Shown piece by piece: positions 52,790 to 64,000 of a stretch of 64,000 nt of DNA. Under the pieces are notes generated by a model. It did no database searches. It worked only from the letters and a program-made list of their open reading frames with translations, and was not told the DNA's origin. Position 1 is the stretch's first letter. Every line of letters starts with the position of its first letter. The DNA is from the human T2T-CHM13v2.0 reference genome, Homo sapiens. Position numbers and translations under genes: made by a program. The stretch spans positions 44,672,001-44,736,000 of the forward strand of contig CP068257.2 in assembly GCA_009914755.4 (NCBI GenBank), in the 5' to 3' direction.

Positions 52790-53765
52790 AAAAGGATAGA
52801 TAGACATATAAAGGGGAATTTATTAAGGAGCATCGAGTCACATAATCACAAGGTGAGGTCCCACAGTAAGCCATCTGCAGGCTGAGGAGCAAGGAAGCCA
52901 GTCTGAGTCCGAAAGCTGAAGAACTTGGAGTCTGATGTTTGAGGGCAGGAAGCATCCAGCATGGGAGAAAGATGGAGGCCAGAGGGCTAACCAGTCTAGT
53001 CTAGTCCTTCCACGCTCTTCTGCCTGGTTTTATTTTGGCCACACTGGCAGCTGATTAGATGGTGGCAACCCAGATTGAGGGTGGATCTGCCTTTCCCAGT
53101 CCATTGACTCAAATTTTAATCTCCTTTGGCAACACCCTCACAGACACATTCAGGGACAATACTTTGTATCCTTCAATCCAATCAAGTTGACAATGTTAAC
53201 TATCACACCAGGTATGGCTTTTTATGATGTCTTTGATTCTGCTTGGGATCTAGGGTTTTCTTCAATGTGTGGATGATGCTTTTCTCATCTGTTGCCTCAA
53301 ATCCTAACCAGTATCTCCATCATACCTTCTACCTGTTCTTTCTCTCCATTAAGTTTTAGAGTTCTCTTGCATACCGTATTTGTCCATTCTCATGCTGCTA
53401 ATAAAGGCATACCCAAGACTGGGTAATTAAGGAAGAGAGGTTTAATGGACTCACAGTTCCACGTGGCTGGGGAGGCCTCACAGTCATGGTGGAAGGCAAG
53501 GAGGACCAAGTCACATCTTAGGTGGATGGTGGAAGGCAAAGAGAGAGAACTTGTGCAGAGGAACTCCTCTTTATAAAACCATCGGATCTAGTGAGACTTA
53601 TTCACTCTCAGGAGACAAGCACGGGAAAGACCCGCCCCCATGATTCAGTTACCTCCCACTGGGCCCCTCCCATGACACGTGGGAATTGTGGGAGCTACAA
53701 GTCAAGATGAGATTTGGGTGGGGACACAGCCCAATCATATCACATACGTATAGCTCAGCCCACTT
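52790..53765 (-). mobile_element. MaLR (THE1/MST-type) LTR retroelement relic: internal sequence about 52790-53385 and LTR about 53385-53765
   Basis: The reverse complement matches THE1-like LTR strings (tgatatgattgggctgtgtccccacccaaatctcatcttgacttgtagctcccacaattcccacgtg...gagtgaataagtctcac) and MaLR-internal strings (ggaagccagtctgagtccgaaagctgaagaacttggagtctgatgtttgagggcaggaagcatccagcatgggagaaagatg). Confidence 0.6.
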
Positions 53766-54053
53766 TTGTGCTTGCCTTCTTTTTGCTCTTGGCCGTAGGC
53801 TGGATCGTTTTATCTGTGTTATCTCCCATTTTTCTAAACCTCTGTTCATCTGTATATAATCTGCTGTTAAATATGTCCAGAGTTGTTAATTTTGTTCTTG
53901 CTGTTTTTAGTTCTATTTGGATTCTTTAAAATTGGTTGTTATTCTGCATAATTTTTTGTTTCCTAGAGATATTTTCAAACTTATTTTAACTGTACATCTT
54001 TTTTTGTGAGTGAATTGGTCTCCACTTTGGCCTGGTATTTGGAGGTGCAGTGA

Positions 54054-54585
<532 letters not shown>

Positions 54586-54933
54586 TGAATGGAATGTGTT
54601 GCTCGGGTTGATTTGGATCACTATTATTTTGGGTCTGCCGTGGGTGCCACTTCTCAGGATCTTTTTTTGGTTCCTTGAATGTTTTCTGTTTTCCATATGT
54701 CCGTTATTCCGCTTGGAGTAGCACATTGTCTGGTCTTTTTTAGTGAGGTGTTTGTGTTACTTTTGTGAGAAGTCTGTGTTATGGCTCGTGGGAGTCCCTT
54801 CAAGTTCAGTGCCACATTTTCATCTGATCAGTCTTCCAAAAATATCCCTTTCCCTAGACACGTTTTAATATAATTTTTATTTTTTATTTTATTTTTTCTC
54901 ACGTCTAGTAAGGCAGGGAATATTTTTAAATTT

Positions 54934-57765
<2,832 letters not shown>

Positions 57766-58529
57766 CGAGCTCCTGACATTGAAGGGAGATGTTGCTGCAC
57801 TCATGTGGCCGCCCACCCTGGGGACGAGTCCCCGCACAGGCAGCCCTTGTGGAGCCCACCATGCCGCCCTTCCCTGTCCAGTTCCTCCGGGGGCCTTTCT
57901 AGCTTTTGCAACTGTATCAAGCCTGTATCTCTCCATCCCTAGCCAGTTCCCCAGTTGGGGCAGAAAAATTTAGTTTGGGTCATTTTTTAATCGGAAGTAC
58001 TCTGTGAGCAAGTGGGTCACCTGGAGCCCAGAAAGGTGCCTGGCTGATGCAGGGGAAGCCAGAGAATGGTCGCTTCCACAGGCAGGGGATACGTCCCAGG
58101 CGCCAGTCGAGGGGCAGGAGCCTGCAGGGAGGGCCACAGTGACGGTGGGCTCGGGATCCGTGCCGACGGGCCCCCTGCAGCTTTTCTTTTCCCTTTGGGT
58201 TATTGCTGCTGAAAAGGTTTCCAGAGGTGGGAATGTTGAGACAGGGAAAGGCTTTCTGTGGCTCGACCTGTGTTGCCAAAATGGCTGCTGAGAAAAAAGT
58301 TGAAGCAACTGATTCTGATGTTGGTAGCATTTGGGTGCATTTGTTTCTTGTGACTGTGGTGGCACTGAGGATTCGTAATATTCTTCCCAACTTTTGCTGA
58401 TTTAGTGGCCATACAAGGATCTTTAAAGTTTGTGTCTCTAGATTGGTTTACCTTTCATCGGTACCCACTTTTTCCAGGCATTTTATGCACATTTTCTCTC
58501 TGTAGGCGTCATTTCCGCCTTTTTCCTGA

Positions 58530-58908
<379 letters not shown>

Positions 58909-59519
58909 TGTTTCTGGGACTTTGACTTTACATTGTGATTTAAGCGAGTTTAATATTTTTCCTTCTTCTTTTTTTAATGAGATACAATTAACAAGCATAC
59001 GATTCACCATTTTAAAGTACAGACCTCAGTGGCACTTAGTACACTCACAGCATGTGTGAGCACCATCTCCAGTGGCTCCAGACATCATCATCACCCCAGA
59101 AGGAAGCCCGGTGCTCGCGGCAGCCACCCCGCTCTCCTCCCTCAGCTCCTCGCAGCCTCCAGGCTGCTCCATGTCTACGGATTTGCAGATCCTGAACACT
59201 TGATGTAAACGGAACCTCACCATACGTGGCCTTCTGTGTCTGCTCTGTCACTCAGCCTCACGTCTTCAGGGCTCCTCTGTGTTGCAGCCTGAGTTGGGGC
59301 TTCGTTCCTTCTTGTGGCTGAATGGCAGCCCACGTTTGTTCAACCATTCATCCCTCAGGAGGCATTTGGGTTGCTCCCACCTTCTGGCCGTTGCGAGTGG
59401 TGCTGCTGTGAACAGCTGCGAACGGGGTTTTGTGAGGACGTGCGTCGTCAGTTCTTGAGCACATCACTGTGGCTTCTCATGTGAATTCTGGACCTACATT
59501 CTTTGCCTTTTTTCCCCAG

Positions 59520-59600
59520 GAGTGTGAACAAGAATGTGAACTTGCCATTACTGACCTGGAGAGCGGCCGTGAAGATGAGGCTGGCCTGCATCAGAGTCAG
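59520..59600 (+). CDS. PCNT: PCNT exon 4 (ECEQECELAITDLESGREDEAGLHQSQ)
   Basis: Acceptor ttttccccag|GAG and donor CAG|gtgacc. 81 nt. Confidence 0.9.
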
Positions 59601-60134
59601 GTGACCCGGCGGGGCCCGCACAGGCTCACAGCATGGGCTCTGTTATCCCCACAGGGCACAGTGGGCATCCGGGTGGGGGTGGGGTGGGCGCTGCCATCTC
59701 CTTTCTCTGCGTTGTCTGTTTCCACGTTCTGTGTGTGGGGCCATCAGCAGGGCCGGTGGAGGAGACACACGTGGATGCTGGGGGTCAGGGGGCTTGGTCA
59801 GGTGCAGGCCACATGAATGACACACTGACCTCAGGCCGGTTGCTCTCCCTGTCAGCTGCGAAGCCCCCTCCAGGTACACACAGTGCCGTCATACAGCGAG
59901 GGAATTCGGGGTGCTGGTGCTCAGGGCAGTGATGCGCTGTGGGGTCACTGGCAGAGGAGCTGGGTGGCATCTCAGTGGCATCCGGGCCTCTGTGTCCTGC
60001 CCCTGCTTCCACGGGATGTCTGCTGTTTCATTTTCTGTGTCTTCCTTACTCATTCTCATTCATGCTTCTGTGTCTCCCTGATGCGCCCTGGTTCTGACCA
60101 TGGGCCCTTATCAGAGGCCTTTTCTCCACCGCAG

Positions 60135-60390
60135 GCCGTGCATGGCCTTGAGCTGGAGGCGCTGCGCCTGAGTCTGAGCAACATGCACACGGCGCAGCTG
60201 GAGCTGACACAGGCCAACCTCCAGAAGGAGAAGGAGACGGCATTGACGGAGCTGCGGGAGATGCTCAACAGCCGGCGTGCCCAGGAGCTGGCCCTGCTAC
60301 AGAGCAGGCAGCAGCACGAGCTGGAGCTCCTCAGGGAGCAGCACGCACGGGAGAAGGAGGAGGTGGTGCTCAGGTGTGGACAGGAAGCAG
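60135..60390 (+). CDS. PCNT: PCNT exon 5 (AVHGLELEALRLSLSNMHTAQLELTQANLQKEKETALTELREMLNSRRAQELALLQSRQQHELELLREQHAREKEEVVLRCGQEA, plus 1 nt); start of the coiled-coil region
   Basis: Acceptor tttctccaccgcag|GCC and donor GCA G|gtactg. 256 nt. Confidence 0.9.
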
Positions 60391-60848
60391 GTACTGCATG
60401 GCTAGGCGGGCACGGGCAGCGTGTGGGCTCGGTGTGGGCATTCTAGTGCCTGTTCCCTCTTGGGGTTGGGAGCTGGGGCGCCCTAGCACCGTCTCCCCAT
60501 CTCTGTTCTCAGCACCTTGCCTGGTGTCTGGCACCATGAGAGGGGTGAACAAAGGGGGCCCTTGGGTTTTTGTGGCCAGGAGATTATTAGAGCAGGTTTC
60601 CAGGTGGTCTGTGATAGGTGCGACCCAGGGCTGACCTTCACCTCCTCTCTTAGATCGTCCTGTGTGTCTGGAAGTCACGGTGTCCTCAGTTTGTTATTAA
60701 AGCCAAGCATCATCACAGACACATCCTGCTAGCCCGTGAATGCTGGCACGTGTCCAGTGGGTGCCAGAGCCTGGTCGTTTCCTGGGCAGTTGGGTCACTG
60801 AAAAGGTTGAGATGGAGTGGCCTGAGCTGCTTTTTGTTTTTCTTGCAG

Positions 60849-60904
60849 CTGAGCTGAAGGAGAAGTTACAATCAGAAATGGAGAAAAACGCCCAGATAGT
60901 AAAG
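60849..60904 (+). CDS. PCNT: PCNT exon 6 ((A)ELKEKLQSEMEKNAQIVK)
   Basis: Acceptor ttttcttgcag|CT GAG and donor AAG|gtaccc. 56 nt; it restores phase 0. Confidence 0.9.
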
Positions 60905-61645
60905 GTACCCGGGATCGATTCTAAAATGCACGCCTCTGTGTATGTTGTTTTTCCTTTCTCGCCAGGTCCCATGAGAACGCTCCTCACCTTGATTCAGACA
61001 GAAGCCAGTCGAGGCTTTATTAGAATATGCTGGTTGAAAGTGTATTGCGTTCTTTGTTTATTTATATCATTTGTATTTGTCAGAAAACTTGTTTTGTTGT
61101 TTCACATTGACTTGCATAACACAAAGGCACTGCTCGGCCCCTCCATGCTGTCTTCTGAGTGGCCCCCATGGCCTGCCCCTGAGCTGTGTTCTGGGACACA
61201 GCCTCTGCCCTCGTGGATGTGGCAGTTCCCTGCAGTGCATGGGGTGTGGGTGCTGGGGTGCCGGGGAGAATACCACACAGGGAGGAGGTTTTGGGTGGGG
61301 TGGGTTGCACCTGCTGTGGGTGGCCTCACTGGGGACCACAGGTAGCAGTGCCCCGTCATTGCCAGGCCCTCCGCTAGAGGGCTGAGCTGTCAGCCATGCT
61401 GAGTGTGGAGGCCCTTCCTGAGTCAGGCATCTGGGCAGCTCTCAGGCCCTTGGCAGACGATGGGTGTTAGTCCAGGCTTGGGGTTGTGTTCCGGTCACCT
61501 GCTCCTCTGACGCAGGCAGTGAGACCCATTTCTCAGAACACTTGGGACAGAGCCCAGCCCTTGGGTGGAGGTTGGCAAAGTTGCCATTGGCCCCTGGGAC
61601 TTATAGGGAGATGTATTACTAACGCTTTGAGGGTGACTGTGTGGA

Positions 61646-61895
61646 TTAGGCCTTGCGTGCAGAGGCTCGTCTGTTTCGGGGTGGGTGGTCCTTGTGCAGA
61701 GGCTGGTCTGTTTCAGGGTAGGTGGTCCTCTCGCTTTGTGCAGATGCAGGTCTGTTTTGGGGTGGATGGTCCCTGTGCAGAGGCTGGTCTGTTTCAGGGT
61801 GGGTTGTCCCTGTGCAGAGGCTGGTCTGTTTCAGGGTGGGTGGTCCTCGTGTGCAGATGGCAGTCTGTTTTGTGGTGGGTGGTCCTTGCTCACTT
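61646..61895. repeat. Tandem repeat of about 6 copies of a 38-42 bp unit (gtgcagaggctggtctgtttcagggtgggtggtcc(t/c)(t/c)gt) in PCNT intron 6
   Basis: Read directly; the units are imperfect, with the variant gtgcagatgcaggtctgttttggggtgg. Confidence 0.8.
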
Positions 61896-61989
61896 TTCCT
61901 CAACTGCTTGCCTCCTGGATGCTTCTGCTTTTCTGTCCTGCCAGCATTCAGGGGAGAGACTGGGTGTAAGGCCTGTCAGGACAGTTTAG

Positions 61990-62307
<318 letters not shown>

Positions 62308-62403
62308 TTGCCTGGCCTGCTCAGAGGTTTTGACTGTGTGATTTAAATTTCTTTAGCACAGATAATCAACTATTGAGTTTAATTTTTTTTTCTTTTAAAT
62401 TAG

Positions 62404-62578
62404 ACCCTGAAGGAAGATTGGGAATCTGAAAAAGATTTATGTTTAGAAAATCTACGCAAAGAACTGTCTGCAAAGCATCAATCAGAAATGGAGGATTTAC
62501 AAAACCAGTTTCAGAAAGAATTGGCAGAACAGAGAGCTGAGTTGGAGAAGATTTTTCAAGACAAAAACCAGGCTGAAC
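62404..62578 (+). CDS. PCNT: PCNT exon 7 (TLKEDWESEKDLCLENLRKELSAKHQSEMEDLQNQFQKELAEQRAELEKIFQDKNQAE, plus 1 nt)
   Basis: Acceptor tcttttaaattag|ACC and donor GAA C|gtaagt. 175 nt. Confidence 0.9.
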
Positions 62579-63075
62579 GTAAGTAATGAAAATGAGCAAG
62601 TTTGGAGTGGGACTGAATTTTCCTAGGTAGTACTGGAAGGAATGTCGTTCATGTCACCATGCGTCATTGCGCACGTTTCCTACCTTCTAAATGCTGGATG
62701 GCCCCATGCACGTGTGACACGCTGGTGGCCGTCATGGGTCACAGGTCTCTCAGGGTCCTTAAACCTTCCTGATCTTTGTTTCAGAGATTTTTCTTGGCAT
62801 GTTCAGTTGCTAAATTATTACAAAGCAGCAGCTTTGTGGTTGTTCACTTTTCATACTCCAGGGTTGTGTGTTCCAGCTTGACCCTCATGGTGGGTGGCAT
62901 GGGTAGGCGATGTCCCCTGGTGCTATCAGGCATGTGAGGCTCAAACGAGGGGCCCGGGGGCGCCCAGGATGGGGCTCTGGGTGGCAGCGCTCTGGGTGCA
63001 CCATTATTGTCACTGAGGTCGCTGTTGAGGAGAGTGATGTCTTGTAAACCAAGTGCCATTGCTTTACCTTTCTAG

Positions 63076-63212
63076 GGGCCCTTAGGAACCTGGAGAGTCA
63101 TCATCAAGCAGCCATTGAGAAGTTACGTGAAGACCTGCAGTCCGAGCACGGCCGGTGTTTAGAAGACTTGGAGTTCAAGTTCAAAGAGAGCGAGAAAGAA
63201 AAACAGCTGGAG
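63076..63212 (+). CDS. PCNT: PCNT exon 8 ((R)ALRNLESHHQAAIEKLREDLQSEHGRCLEDLEFKFKESEKEKQLE)
   Basis: Acceptor ctttacctttctag|GG GCC and donor CTG GAG|gtgggc. 137 nt, ends in phase 0. Confidence 0.9.
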
Positions 63213-63335
63213 GTGGGCAGCAGCTTCGTTATTTAATTACTTGGTATATTAGGGAAGTTTTAACAGATTTTGGAATTGGGCTATTTCGTATTGTGTTATT
63301 TGCTAAAACTTAAGTTCTAAATTTAAAGAGACTGG

Positions 63336-63610
<275 letters not shown>

Positions 63611-64000
63611 GAGTGTTAGTGGTGAATAAAAGTGTAAGGATATAGTCTCTGAGACTGATTTAATAATTACGTTCAATCTTGTACTTAGGAATGCATGTTC
63701 TTTGCAGGCGTCCCTGAGACAGTTACACAAATCGCAGACACTAGGTAGGAGTGTAAGGCCACATCCTCTAACCGTGATCCAGTACACACGAGATTCCTAG
63801 GAAAAGTTAACAAGCATTTCTTTCTGCTGTGTGTATTCAAGATGCTTCTCTAATGAAGCACTACAATCAAAATGTTGATGTGGCCAGGTCCTCATTGGAG
63901 GCCTGACAAACCTGAGACTCAAACTGAGTATCCCAAGAATCAGTTGAAGAAATTAAAGCATAAATCAGAGATAGGGTTAATCGTGGTGTGTGAAAGATTT

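Overview
This window is human genomic DNA from the YBEY - C21orf58 - PCNT gene neighbourhood on chromosome 21q22.3. I infer the species from the roughly 75 Alu copies, old L1 and MaLR relics and CpG islands; the locus assignment is from my own translations and memory of the protein sequences, not a database search. There is no prokaryotic-style system (operon, CRISPR, defence island) here, and I found no undescribed gene system. Most long ORFs in the provided track are artefacts of Alus, GC-rich CpG islands or tandem repeats.

Genes supported from the sequence:
- **YBEY, plus strand:** the last three coding exons (2400-2528, 9521-9589, 10899-10994) with good splice sites. They encode the H-x3-H-x5-H metal-binding motif and a TGA stop, followed by AATAAA polyadenylation signals.
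- **C21orf58, minus strand:** seven coding exons, from the start codon (MLDSS...) at 31420 to a TGA stop at 15381-15383, including an in-frame His8 tract.
- **PCNT (pericentrin), plus strand:** coding exons 1-8 (ATG at 37574 through 63212), all with canonical GT/AG splice sites.

C21orf58 and PCNT sit head-to-head across a CpG island at about 36.4-38.8 kb that carries CCAAT and GC boxes, consistent with a bidirectional promoter.

Structure that the genes do not explain:
- A 74-bp, CpG-dense minisatellite of about 61 copies (3530-8062) in a YBEY intron.
- A 46-50 bp (GT)n-cored minisatellite (480-1130).
- A 41-bp GC-rich minisatellite fused to a 5'-truncated Alu (16058-16335).
- A 500-bp (CCAT/CCAA/CCAC)n tract 58 bp from a C21orf58 splice acceptor (24960-25460); it is G-rich on the transcribed strand.
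- A coding 39-bp x 9 tandem repeat (13-aa DHPPEQxGMFTVS units) filling most of PCNT exon 3.
- A 38-42 bp tandem repeat in PCNT intron 6.
- A polypyrimidine tract, compound microsatellites, an Alu-riddled old L1, an antisense L1 ORF2 fragment and a MaLR element.

All coordinates for repeats are approximate (about +/-10 bp); exon coordinates were counted base by base.
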